A DNA stretch of 33,299 bases from contig JAGMEL010000148.1 in the NCBI GenBank assembly GCA_023128195.1, positions 1 through 33,299 on the forward strand, written 5' to 3'. The position numbers and the translations under genes are program-made. Origin of the DNA: a candidate division WOR-3 bacterium (lineage in GTDB: Bacteria > Hydrothermota > Tepidihabitantia > SM23-42). This document shows positions 1-8,560 of this stretch, one piece after another; the first letter of the stretch is position 1; every line of letters starts with the position of its first letter. The notes beneath the pieces were generated by a model. The model saw nothing but the letters and a program-made list of their open reading frames with translations. It was not told the DNA's origin and searched no databases.

Positions 1-446
1 GTTAAAACAGAGTCAATTTTTTGTATTGTTGACTGACCATGATAATGCCCGTCAACCACAACAATCGGTGCTAAAGCGCAGGCACCTAGGCAATTTACAG
101 TCTCTAAAGTGAATTGGTTATCCTTGGTTGTGCAGCCAGGAAGAATCCCTAATTTGTCTTGAACACGGTCAAGAATTATTGGTGCGCCGCGTACATGGCA
201 GGCTGTTCCGGAGCAAACAGTAACGATGTGTTTACCACGTGGAGTTAAACTAAACGCATGATAGAATGAAGCAACGCCATATACATCAATTAATGGAACA
301 CACAATTTTTCAGAAACCAATTTTATGGAATCGGGTGGCAACCAGTTGTATTTTGCTTGAATATCAGTTAAAACAGCAAGTAATTCCGATTTTTTTGCCT
401 GATACCTTTTTATAATCTTAGAAACTTCTTTTGGGATAAATTTCAT
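1..446 (-). CDS. nuoE: NuoE/HndA-family thioredoxin-like [2Fe-2S] ferredoxin subunit (NADH dehydrogenase or NAD(P)-linked hydrogenase module); 3' end runs off the window
   Basis: Not in the ORF track because there is no stop in the window. My reverse-strand translation from ATG (446-444) is MKFIPKEVSKIIKRYQAKKSELLAVLTDIQAKYNWLPPDSIKLVSEKLCVPLIDVYGVASFYHAFSLTPRGKHIVTVCSGTACHVRGAPIILDRVQDKLG...ETVNCLGACALAPIVVVDG. It shows the CSGTAC...CLGAC cysteine pattern and the VASFY motif typical of the 24-kDa/NuoE family. GGAG lies just upstream of the ATG. Confidence 0.8.
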   Translation of the reverse strand, partial: MKFIPKEVSKIIKRYQAKKSELLAVLTDIQAKYNWLPPDSIKLVSEKLCVPLIDVYGVASFYHAFSLTPRGKHIVTVCSGTACHVRGAPIILDRVQDKLGILPGCTTKDNQFTLETVNCLGACALAPIVVVDGHYHGQSTIQKIDSVL

Positions 447-468
447 CTAGCTCCTTTCTTCGTGAATT

Positions 469-496
469 ATTATATATATTTTTAAGATGGAGTCAA
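469..496 (-). promoter_or_regulatory. Sigma-70-type promoter for the nuoE-like gene (TTGACT-N16-TATAAT)
   Basis: The minus strand reads TTGACT (496-491), a 16-nt spacer, then TATAAT (474-469), about 23 nt upstream of the ATG at 446. Confidence 0.5.
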
Positions 497-515
497 CATT
501 AAAATTGAATTTCGC

Positions 516-536
516 ACTATTGCAAAATGCAATAGT
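516..536. promoter_or_regulatory. Perfect palindrome ACTATTGCA-AAA-TGCAATAGT, candidate operator/activator site upstream of the nuoE-like promoter
   Basis: 9-bp arms with a 3-nt centre. Its core ATTGCAAAATGC (519-530) recurs as the reverse complement at 2016-2027, upstream of gdhA. Confidence 0.45.
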
Positions 537-589
537 TAACCCCGCAAGAACCCCTGCTTGAAGGGCAGGGCATTCCAACGGGGAAATAA

Positions 590-622
590 GAAAAAGGGCT
601 GGGTTATGTAACCCAGCCCTTT
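590..622 (-). terminator. Rho-independent terminator of gdhA
   Basis: AGGGCTGGGTT-ATGT-AACCCAGCCCT hairpin (595-620). On the minus strand it is followed by a T-run (complement of AAAAA at 591-595). It lies about 25 nt past the gdhA stop. Confidence 0.75.
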
Positions 623-645
623 GTTTGTAGTACGTAGTTAGTTAT

Positions 646-1929
646 CTAATTCCTTCCGATTTTCCCGAATAGTCTTACAGAGTCGGCTACTCGCTGAACA
701 GCAAGTATGTATGCAGCGTTACGTGTATCTGTTTTATTTTTATCTACGATACTGACAACATCCCAAAAAGATTTTTGCATCATTTTCCAACATCTATTTT
801 TGACTTCTTCTTCTTCGTAGAAAATCCTTTGAACATCTTGTACCCATTCAAGATAAGACACTGTCACACCACCGGCATTGGCAAGGATATCCGGTATTAT
901 AAAGACGTCTTTATCAACCAGTATTTCATCGGCTTCAGTTGTTGTTGGACCATTGGCTCCTTCACAAATTATTTTGGCTTTTATTTTATGGGCATTACTC
1001 TTGTTTATCATGCCTTCCATTGCACAGGGCAGCAAAATATCGCACTTGAGCTCAATCAATTCGTTGTTAGTGATAGAATCATATTTTTTAAATCCTTTAA
1101 CAGTCTTCGTTTTGCAAACATATTTATCGAGCTCTGGTATTTTGATGCCATTTTTATTGAATATGCCACCGTAGATATCAGTTATGCACACTATTTTACA
1201 ACCATAATCATAAAGTAATTTAGCAATTGAAGAACCAACATTACCATATCCGATAATTGCGACTCTTTTTCCTTCGAGCGGATATTCAAGATGCTTTGAT
1301 GTTTCAAGTAGGGTATAGTACATGCCGAGTCCAGTTGCTCCTGCTCTGCCTTTTGAACCACCAATACATAGTGGTTTACCAGTAACGACTGCTGGTTCAA
1401 AATGCCCTACATGCCGACTGTATGCATCACATATCCATGCCATTGTTTGAGCATTGGTATTTATGTCAGGTGCTGGAATGTCCTTTTGTGGTCCAATAAT
1501 GTCTTTAATCGCATAGGTGTATTCTTTAGTAAGTTTTTCAAGTTCACTCTCAGACATATTTGGAGGATTACAGATTACTGCACCCTTGGCACCACCAAGA
1601 GGTAGATCTAAAACTGCAGTTTTCCACGTCATCCAGGCTGCCAGAGCCTTACATTCACTTAGTGATGCATCCGGACTATATCGTATGCCTCCTTTTCCAG
1701 GTCCTCTTAATGTAGAATGTTGCACCCGATACCCCGTATATGTTTCGACCTTACCATTGTCTCTTGTAATTGTCATATGAACAGTAAGTTCCTTTTCTGG
1801 ATATTTTAGACGATTATAAATCCATGGTTCTAAGTCGAGCATATTTGCAGCCCTTTCATATTGAAGTGTTGCTTCAATAAAAGGATCGTATTTTTTTTCT
1901 CTAATTTTGCGGTCATTGATTTTCACCAT
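646..1929 (-). CDS. gdhA: Glutamate dehydrogenase (Glu/Leu/Phe/Val dehydrogenase family)
   Basis: 427 aa with KGGIRY and GGAKGAV catalytic-region motifs and a GYGNVGS Rossmann dinucleotide-binding motif. GGAGG lies 6 nt upstream of the ATG. Confidence 0.93.
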   Translation of the reverse strand: MVKINDRKIREKKYDPFIEATLQYERAANMLDLEPWIYNRLKYPEKELTVHMTITRDNGKVETYTGYRVQHSTLRGPGKGGIRYSPDASLSECKALAAWMTWKTAVLDLPLGGAKGAVICNPPNMSESELEKLTKEYTYAIKDIIGPQKDIPAPDINTNAQTMAWICDAYSRHVGHFEPAVVTGKPLCIGGSKGRAGATGLGMYYTLLETSKHLEYPLEGKRVAIIGYGNVGSSIAKLLYDYGCKIVCITDIYGGIFNKNGIKIPELDKYVCKTKTVKGFKKYDSITNNELIELKCDILLPCAMEGMINKSNAHKIKAKIICEGANGPTTTEADEILVDKDVFIIPDILANAGGVTVSYLEWVQDVQRIFYEEEEVKNRCWKMMQKSFWDVVSIVDKNKTDTRNAAYILAVQRVADSVRLFGKIGRN

Positions 1930-1956
1930 TTTAAACCTCCATTTACTGAATTAAAT

Positions 1957-1972
1957 GGCAATATTTGTGCCA
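1957..1972 (-). promoter_or_regulatory. Sigma-54 (-24/-12) promoter of gdhA
   Basis: The minus strand reads TGGCAC-AAATA-TTGCC, an exact match to TGGCAC-N5-TTGC. The -12 element lies about 28 nt upstream of the gdhA ATG, with GGAGG in between. Confidence 0.75.
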
Positions 1973-2012
1973 TAATTATCTCTTGAAATTTCGAGGATTT
2001 TAATTTACAAGT

Positions 2013-2047
2013 ATAGCATTTTGCAATAATCTATATCAAAATGCTAT
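2013..2047. promoter_or_regulatory. Candidate enhancer (UAS) for the adjacent NtrC-type activator: 11-bp perfect inverted repeat ATAGCATTTTG-N13-CAAAATGCTAT
   Basis: Arms at 2013-2023 and 2037-2047, 40-90 bp upstream of the sigma-54 promoter, in the 145-bp gap between the activator gene stop and the gdhA start. Confidence 0.5.
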
Positions 2048-2074
2048 GGTGATTGATGGAAACCTTATTTTAAT

Positions 2075-3439
2075 CTATTTTATTGACTTTAATTTTCTGA
2101 ATAACGATGTGAGGTGTATTCCAAGTATTTTTGCTGCCTTAGATTTATTACCTCCGGTAAATTTTAAAACTTCTTTAATATATTTTTTTTCTAATTCATA
2201 CAGGCTTATAAATTCTATTTTTTCAACAGTTTCTTTTAATACAGGAATTTTGATTTCTGTTTTTTGTGATTTTATTTCTAAAGGCAGATGTTCAAGTAAG
2301 ATTTCTTCTGATTGGTTTAATGCCATTATTCTTTCAATAACATTTTTTAATTCACGAACATTACCGGGCCAATCATATACCAACAATACTTTGGCTGCAT
2401 CTTCAGATATTCCTTTGAAGGATCTGTGCAATTCATGGTTAAAATCCTGAATAAAAGTGAGGGCAAGAGGTATTATGTCTTCTTTTCTTTCTCTTAAAAG
2501 AGGAATTGTTATGGGTACAACATTCAGCCTGTAGAATAAGTCTTCTCTAAAATTCCCCTTTTCTATTTCTTTTTTTAGGTCTTTATTGGTTGCAGTAATG
2601 ATTCTGACATCAATTTTTATTTGATTTGTACTTCCCAGTCTTACAAAGGATTGTTCTTCTAAAACCTTGAGGATCTTAGCCTGAAGGGATAATGGCATAT
2701 CAGCGATTTCATCTAAAAAAACGGTTCCGTGGTCAGCTTTTTCAAAAAGACCAATTTTCCGACGTCGGGCATCAGTAAATGCACCAGGTTCATAACCAAA
2801 GAGTTCACTTTCTAAAAGGTTCTCAGGTATTGCCGCACAGTTAATTTCGATAAACTGTTCATCGACCCTGGGACTATTATAATGGATTGCTCGAGCAAGA
2901 ATTCCTTTACCAACGCCACTTTCTCCCATAATTAAAACTGTAGTCTTTTCCAAATGTGCAACTTTATGAGCAGTTTTTAGTGCATCAATCATCTTTTTAT
3001 TCTTTGCAGCAATCTTATCAAAATAGTATTTTTCCCTTTCTGTTTCAACTGTCTCTATAATTCTTATTTTTAAAGACTGAAGCTCAAGGGCGCGTGCCAC
3101 ACTTGTCTTTAAATCACTGATTTTAAATGGCTTGAGTAAATAATCATATGCCCCTAATTTCATTGATTCAATTGCCTTTTCAATTATTTCATACGCAGTT
3201 ATCATTATAACCACAGTATTCGCATCTGCTTCTTTTATCTGTTTAAGGACCTCTATGCCATCAATACCCGGAAGCATTAAATCGACAAGCACCAGATTAG
3301 GCCGATGTTTTTTAAAAACCTCTATACCAGTTTCACCTGAATCAGCAAGTAGTATTTCATACCCAACTTTTTCAAGTACCCTTTTTAGATTATTTAAGGT
3401 TAATACTTCATCATCGATAATTAGAATAGACGCAGCCAT
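2075..3439 (-). CDS. Sigma-54-dependent two-component response regulator (NtrC/AtoC family: REC + AAA+ + Fis-type HTH)
   Basis: 454 aa. It has a receiver domain (ILIIDDE, LVLVDLMLPGIDG), Walker A GESGVGKG, a GAFTDA loop (variant of GAFTGA), WPGNVREL and a C-terminal HTH (NKSKAAKILGI). Its start overlaps the kinase stop (TAATG). Confidence 0.92.
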   Translation of the reverse strand: MAASILIIDDEVLTLNNLKRVLEKVGYEILLADSGETGIEVFKKHRPNLVLVDLMLPGIDGIEVLKQIKEADANTVVIMITAYEIIEKAIESMKLGAYDYLLKPFKISDLKTSVARALELQSLKIRIIETVETEREKYYFDKIAAKNKKMIDALKTAHKVAHLEKTTVLIMGESGVGKGILARAIHYNSPRVDEQFIEINCAAIPENLLESELFGYEPGAFTDARRRKIGLFEKADHGTVFLDEIADMPLSLQAKILKVLEEQSFVRLGSTNQIKIDVRIITATNKDLKKEIEKGNFREDLFYRLNVVPITIPLLRERKEDIIPLALTFIQDFNHELHRSFKGISEDAAKVLLVYDWPGNVRELKNVIERIMALNQSEEILLEHLPLEIKSQKTEIKIPVLKETVEKIEFISLYELEKKYIKEVLKFTGGNKSKAAKILGIHLTSLFRKLKSIK

Positions 3440-5649
3440 TATTCAATAACCTCAGATTGAATTTTATTCTTTTGTCTGATTGGCAATAGTATTATCACCT
3501 CAGTACCTTTATTGATTTCGCTTCGTATATTGATCTCACCATAATGGTTTTTCACATAGCTGTAACTAATACTAAGCCCAAGTCCAGTTCCTTCGCCCTT
3601 TTTCGTTGTGAAGAAGGGATCAAAGACCCTTTTTATATCACTTTTAGATATGCCTACGCCTGTGTCAGTAATTCGTATTTCTATTAATTCTTCGAATTTC
3701 ACTTTGTTTGTTTTTATTGTAAGGGTTCCGCCATCAGGCATTGCCTGAGCAGCATTAATAAAGATATTAATAAGAACCTGCCTTATCTGATTGATATCTG
3801 CAGTAACCTGGGGGACGGTATCAGACAGGGTTTTATCGATTTTGATTTTTCTGAAAAGTGGTTGATGCTGCAAAAATGAAAGTGTTTCTGATATTAATTT
3901 GTTCAGGCTTATTTTTGTAAATTTAGGCGGTGTTGGTCGGGCAAAATTTAGTAATCCTCTGACTGTTTCTGAAATTCTGTAGGCACTATCAAGTACCTCT
4001 TTTGCCCTGGTTTTCTTTTCCACGTCTTCCTCTTCTTCAAGCAGAAGTTCAATATACGATGTAATTCCTAATAATGGATTATTTATTTCATGAGCAGCGC
4101 CTAATGCTAATTGGCTCAAGGCAGAGAGTTTCTCATAGTCAGCCATCTGGGTACGCATTGTTTCCTGCTCAGTGATGTCGTTTATTAACAGAGTTGCGCC
4201 GGTAATATCATCAATATCCTTTATAGGAAAACCACCAATACTTAAGATGATATTATTATTATTCAGGACCACCGGAATTTTCCTTATTCGAAATGCTTTT
4301 TTCTTTGAAAAGATATTCTCTATCTGATTTTTAATTTCTTTATTTTTGAGAATCTGAAATGACTTATAAAGGTCTGAATTCATTTGGATCTTTTTTTCTT
4401 TTGAGAAGTTTTTGACAAAATCATTGCAATAGGTTATTTTGAAATTTTTATCAATTGCAATGAGTCCACTTGAAATACTATTTATAGTATTTTTGATATA
4501 TTCTTCTGAGATCCGAATTTGTTTACTCAATGATTCACAGTCGCTTAAGCGTTTTCTTAATTCTACATTTATAGTATTGATCGTATTTTTTTTATGATTT
4601 ATGTCGTCAACCGCAGATTTTAAAGTGCTGGTGAGATTTTTGAGAAGATTTGTAACTTGTCTAGAGAAGAAAACCGAAGAAAAAAGCAAAAAACAGCCGA
4701 AGATGAGGAAGATGTAAAACATTACATTTTTCAATCTTGTTACTGGAGCAAGTGCTTCTTCCACGTCCATTTCTGAAACAAGATACCAGTTGAGCTCATC
4801 GAATTTTTTGTACGCGCAGATAACTTTCTCACCGCGGTAGTCACGATGGACCAAGATGCCTCCTTTACCTGAATGTGGGTTCTGGTCTTCTTTATAGTGT
4901 CCATATTCTTTTAGGACTTTACCACCAAGCTTTGAAGGCGATAAAAAAATTCCCTCATGGTCCACAAGAAAAATCTCGCTCGTTTCACCAATACGTAGGT
5001 CTACCATTAAATCATAAAAAGTCTTTAAACAGACTGCAGCAAGAATTACACCGATAATTTTATCTTGCCGATTCTTAAGTGGAGAAGATATTATCATTGC
5101 CGTAGTGTCAAGAACATCGGAATGAAAGATTCCGCTATTGTAGAATTCACCTTTTAACGATTTTTTAAAATAGATACGATCTTGGAAATTTGTTTTTATA
5201 TTATCTGTTGAAAAGATTAGGTTACCATCTGGATTAATAACCGCAATGAAATCAAACCAGGGTTTTTCTATAATAAAGCTTTTGAAAAAAGTGAGCTTGG
5301 TATTTATCTGTTCTAAAGTAGTAATATCTAATTTGGCAATTGATAATAAATCTATTTTCCTTTCATCAAGAAAAGATTTAATCGCCTGGGCATTTACATC
5401 AACTGAATAATTTAGTCCTTGTTTTACCTGGTTCTCAAAATGTTTGGTTATTTCAAAGTTGATAACATAGAAAAGAATAATAAATGGTAATAAAAAGAGA
5501 ATCAGGGTAATAATAGTATTTTTTAGCCACAGGCCTTTATAATAATCACGACGCAATTGATTACTGCAGCGTATGCAATGCGTGGCTTCTTTTTTATTTT
5601 CGTGCCCACATTTTTCACATATGATAATATCAGAAAGTTTTTCAGTCAT
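3439..5649 (-). CDS. Sensor histidine kinase with N-terminal zinc ribbon, periplasmic Cache-like domain, PAS and HisKA/HATPase_c
   Basis: 736 aa. CEKCGH...CIRCSN zinc ribbon, two TM segments flanking about 270 aa, H-box GAAHEINNPL, and N/G boxes (NIFINAAQAM, DTGVGI, GTGLGLSIS). Confidence 0.88.
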   Translation of the reverse strand: MTEKLSDIIICEKCGHENKKEATHCIRCSNQLRRDYYKGLWLKNTIITLILFLLPFIILFYVINFEITKHFENQVKQGLNYSVDVNAQAIKSFLDERKIDLLSIAKLDITTLEQINTKLTFFKSFIIEKPWFDFIAVINPDGNLIFSTDNIKTNFQDRIYFKKSLKGEFYNSGIFHSDVLDTTAMIISSPLKNRQDKIIGVILAAVCLKTFYDLMVDLRIGETSEIFLVDHEGIFLSPSKLGGKVLKEYGHYKEDQNPHSGKGGILVHRDYRGEKVICAYKKFDELNWYLVSEMDVEEALAPVTRLKNVMFYIFLIFGCFLLFSSVFFSRQVTNLLKNLTSTLKSAVDDINHKKNTINTINVELRKRLSDCESLSKQIRISEEYIKNTINSISSGLIAIDKNFKITYCNDFVKNFSKEKKIQMNSDLYKSFQILKNKEIKNQIENIFSKKKAFRIRKIPVVLNNNNIILSIGGFPIKDIDDITGATLLINDITEQETMRTQMADYEKLSALSQLALGAAHEINNPLLGITSYIELLLEEEEDVEKKTRAKEVLDSAYRISETVRGLLNFARPTPPKFTKISLNKLISETLSFLQHQPLFRKIKIDKTLSDTVPQVTADINQIRQVLINIFINAAQAMPDGGTLTIKTNKVKFEELIEIRITDTGVGISKSDIKRVFDPFFTTKKGEGTGLGLSISYSYVKNHYGEINIRSEINKGTEVIILLPIRQKNKIQSEVIE

Positions 5650-5667
5650 TCGTTATTGTATTTTAAA

Positions 5668-7176
5668 TCAAAAAGACTTTTTGTCAAGCCTCCATAAGAA
5701 TTCAAACAAGGTTCTAACACTGAATCCTGTGCCGCCTTTGGGTGTGTAAAAACTCTCTTTTTCAGCTATCTCTTTGCCGGCAATATCAATGTGAAGCCAT
5801 TTTGAGTTATTTACGAATGATTGTAAGAATAACCCGGCAGTAATTGCTGATGCTTTTCTTCCACCGGAGTTTTTTATATCTGCAACATCGCTTTTTATCT
5901 GCTCTTTATATTCTTCAAATAGAGGCAATTGCCAGAATTTTTCACCTGTCTCTTTTGATACACTTAATAGATTATCAATAAGTTTTTGGTTATTACCCAT
6001 AACCGCTCCTGCAATATCCCCGAGTGCAATAATACAACCGCCGGTTAAGGTCGCTATATCAATGATTATTTTGGCTTTCTTTTTTTCTGCATAACAGATT
6101 GCATCTGCTAAGGTCATCCTTCCTTCGGCATCAGTCGAGATGATTTCAATAGTTTTATTATTCATTGCGCGTACTACATCACCGGGTCTTGATGCCTTTG
6201 CTGACGGCATGTTTTCTACTGCTGGAATAATGGTCATTAAATTCAGTTTGGTTTTTGCCTTTGCCAATGCCAGGGTCGTACCTATTACAGCAGCACCTCC
6301 AGACATATCGCCTTTCATAAGACCCATATTTGCAGGGGGCTTTAATGATATTCCTCCAGTATCGAATGTGACTGTTTTCCCAATCAAACATACCAATGGT
6401 TTTTTCGAATTCTTGATCCTTAAGATAATAAATTTCGGCTCATTATCACTACCCTGGGCAACTGATATTAATGCACCCATTTTCAACTTTTTAATGTCTG
6501 TTTTATTCAAACATTGGTATTCAATTATTTTTTCCAATCCTGCATTTTTAATGATTGCTTTAATCCCTTGATCCAATTTTTTTGGAGTTAGATTATTAGA
6601 AGGTTCATTTATTAAATCCCGGGCAATATTCTGAGACTCGGCAAGGATTTTTCCTGATTCAATGCCTTTTTGTAGTACTTTTATTTTTGACTTGTCACTT
6701 TCGACAATATATAACTCTTTGATTCCGTTCTCTTCCGGTTTTTTATACTTCTTAAATTCATAGAGCGCAAGTAATGTTCCTTCAATTAATGCCTGCGCTG
6801 CTGCTCCAGGTTCAAGACCTCCGATTCCTGCGCCATGAACAACTGTGCCGACTTTTTTTGACTTTGTTTTTTTCGCCTGTTTTGCTGCAGCACCAGAAGC
6901 CTTTCTTATTTGTTCTAAGCCAAATTCACTTGATTTGCCGAGTCCCACAATCAAGACTTTATCAGGTTTTATTTTCCCAAAGGTATGTAATACTACGCAT
7001 TCTCCGAGCTTACCAGTAATCTCTTTGTTCTTTATAAGTTTTGTGACCATACCATCAAGTGCCTTATTCACAGCATTGGTTGCTCCGCCCGGTGATTTTA
7101 TTCCCTCGAATAAATTTACAATAATAATATCTCCATGAAAATTTATTATTGATTGGTTTAATATATTTATCTTCAT
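5668..7176 (-). CDS. pepA: Leucyl aminopeptidase (M17 family)
   Basis: 502 aa with VTFDTGGISLKP, DMSGGAAV and the NTDAEGR-type signature (STDAEGRMTLAD). Confidence 0.92.
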   Translation of the reverse strand: MKINILNQSIINFHGDIIIVNLFEGIKSPGGATNAVNKALDGMVTKLIKNKEITGKLGECVVLHTFGKIKPDKVLIVGLGKSSEFGLEQIRKASGAAAKQAKKTKSKKVGTVVHGAGIGGLEPGAAAQALIEGTLLALYEFKKYKKPEENGIKELYIVESDKSKIKVLQKGIESGKILAESQNIARDLINEPSNNLTPKKLDQGIKAIIKNAGLEKIIEYQCLNKTDIKKLKMGALISVAQGSDNEPKFIILRIKNSKKPLVCLIGKTVTFDTGGISLKPPANMGLMKGDMSGGAAVIGTTLALAKAKTKLNLMTIIPAVENMPSAKASRPGDVVRAMNNKTIEIISTDAEGRMTLADAICYAEKKKAKIIIDIATLTGGCIIALGDIAGAVMGNNQKLIDNLLSVSKETGEKFWQLPLFEEYKEQIKSDVADIKNSGGRKASAITAGLFLQSFVNNSKWLHIDIAGKEIAEKESFYTPKGGTGFSVRTLFEFLWRLDKKSF

Positions 7177-7182
7177 ATAATT

Positions 7183-7210
7183 AGTATATCTTTGATTGGT
7201 TAAAAGTCAA
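7183..7210 (-). promoter_or_regulatory. Promoter of the pepA-kinase-regulator operon (TTGACT-N16-TATACT), apparently leaderless
   Basis: The minus strand reads TTGACT (7210-7205), a 16-nt spacer, then TATACT (7188-7183). The pepA ATG (7176) starts 7 nt after the -10, and no SD is present. Confidence 0.5.
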
Positions 7211-7214
7211 TATC

Positions 7215-7315
7215 TGTCCCCCTCTCCCTTTGATGGTGCCACACAAACATTTCCCTCCCTCGATGGGAGGCTTTCATACACTATTCCCTCTCCCTTGATG
7301 TCAGGCTTTGCCCTC
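7215..7315. repeat. Three degenerate copies of a C/T-rich motif of about 25 nt (TTCCCTCYCCYTTGATGNNAGGCTTT)
   Basis: Copies at about 7215-7240, 7249-7273 and 7281-7315. The middle one forms a CCTCCC/GGGAGG hairpin. Confidence 0.55.
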
Positions 7316-7318
7316 GTA

Positions 7319-7346
7319 TTGACTTTTGAAGTCAGATATATATACT
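7319..7346 (+). promoter_or_regulatory. Promoter of the aminotransferase gene (TTGACT-N16-TATACT), apparently leaderless
   Basis: TTGACT 7319-7324 and TATACT 7341-7346. The ATG at 7352 is only 5 nt past the -10, and there is no SD. The -35 overlaps the palindrome TGACTT-TTG-AAGTCA. Confidence 0.5.
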
Positions 7347-7351
7347 TTTAA

Positions 7352-8548
7352 ATGGATGAAATAAAATTATCTAAAAGAGCAGAAGATATGCCTTATTCGC
7401 CGATTCGTAAATTGGCTTCTTTTGCTGACGATGCAAAGAAAAAAGGAGTAAAGGTTTTTCATCTTAACATTGGCCAACCAGATATAGAAACACCAAAAGA
7501 GATATTTGAGGCGATTGCAAACTACCGTGAAAAGGTTTTAAAATATGGACCTTCTGGTGGTCTTCTTGACCTCAGGGTGGCAATTGTTGATTATCACAGG
7601 AACTTAGGATTTGATATTAACCTGGACAATGTCTGGATAACGACTGGTGGGAGTGAGGCAATAATCTTTGCAATGATGACAGTGTGTGATCCGGGTGATG
7701 AGATAATAGTTTTTGAACCATTCTACACAAATTATAATGGATTTGCTGTTATGTCGCAAATCAAGCTTGTTCCAATTACAACTGAGGTCGAACAAGGTTT
7801 TCATCTTCCGTCTAAAGAGGCAATAGAAGAAAAAATTACCTCCCGCACCCGGGCAATTCTTATCAATACACCTAATAACCCAACTGGTACAGTATTTACT
7901 GAAGAGGAGATGTTTATAATTCATAATCTCTGTAAAAAACACAATCTGTTTTTGCTTTCAGATGAAGTCTACAGAGAGTTTGTATATGATGGTAAGTTCC
8001 AGATAAGTGCTTTATCACTGCCTGAGATTGAAGACCGGGTGATTATAATGGATTCGATATCAAAAAGATTTTCTGCATGCGGAGCGCGCGTCGGTTTTAT
8101 TATTAACCGTAATAAAAAGATTATGGATCGTATATTAAAATTCAGCCAGGCAAGATTGTGTCCTCCGACCCTGGAACAGGTTGGTGCAATAGCTGCGTAT
8201 AAGAATATTGATAAGTATATTAAACCGATGATTCAAGAATATGAAATGCGTCGGAATGTGCTATTTGAGGGGTTGCAAACTATCCCTGGTGTTTATGGAC
8301 ATAAACCAGAAGGTGCTTTTTATACGGTTTTGAGGTTACCGATTAAAGATGCAGATAAATTCTGCCAGTGGTTATTGACCGATTTTAATTACAAGAAAAA
8401 GACTGTAATGCTTACGCCGGCAAATGGTTTTTATTCTTCACCTGAAAAGGGTATTAATGAAGTGCGTATTGCCTACGTTTTGAAAAAAGACGATTTGCAG
8501 GAAGCGATTGAAATACTAAAGGCTGCTCTTCAATCGTACAAGGATTAA
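7352..8548 (+). CDS. Class I/II PLP-dependent aminotransferase (aspartate/aromatic aminotransferase-like)
   Basis: 398 aa with NPNNPTG and the PLP-lysine motif SISKRFSACGARVG. Confidence 0.88.
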   Translation: MDEIKLSKRAEDMPYSPIRKLASFADDAKKKGVKVFHLNIGQPDIETPKEIFEAIANYREKVLKYGPSGGLLDLRVAIVDYHRNLGFDINLDNVWITTGGSEAIIFAMMTVCDPGDEIIVFEPFYTNYNGFAVMSQIKLVPITTEVEQGFHLPSKEAIEEKITSRTRAILINTPNNPTGTVFTEEEMFIIHNLCKKHNLFLLSDEVYREFVYDGKFQISALSLPEIEDRVIIMDSISKRFSACGARVGFIINRNKKIMDRILKFSQARLCPPTLEQVGAIAAYKNIDKYIKPMIQEYEMRRNVLFEGLQTIPGVYGHKPEGAFYTVLRLPIKDADKFCQWLLTDFNYKKKTVMLTPANGFYSSPEKGINEVRIAYVLKKDDLQEAIEILKAALQSYKD

Positions 8549-8560
8549 TATTTCTATTAA

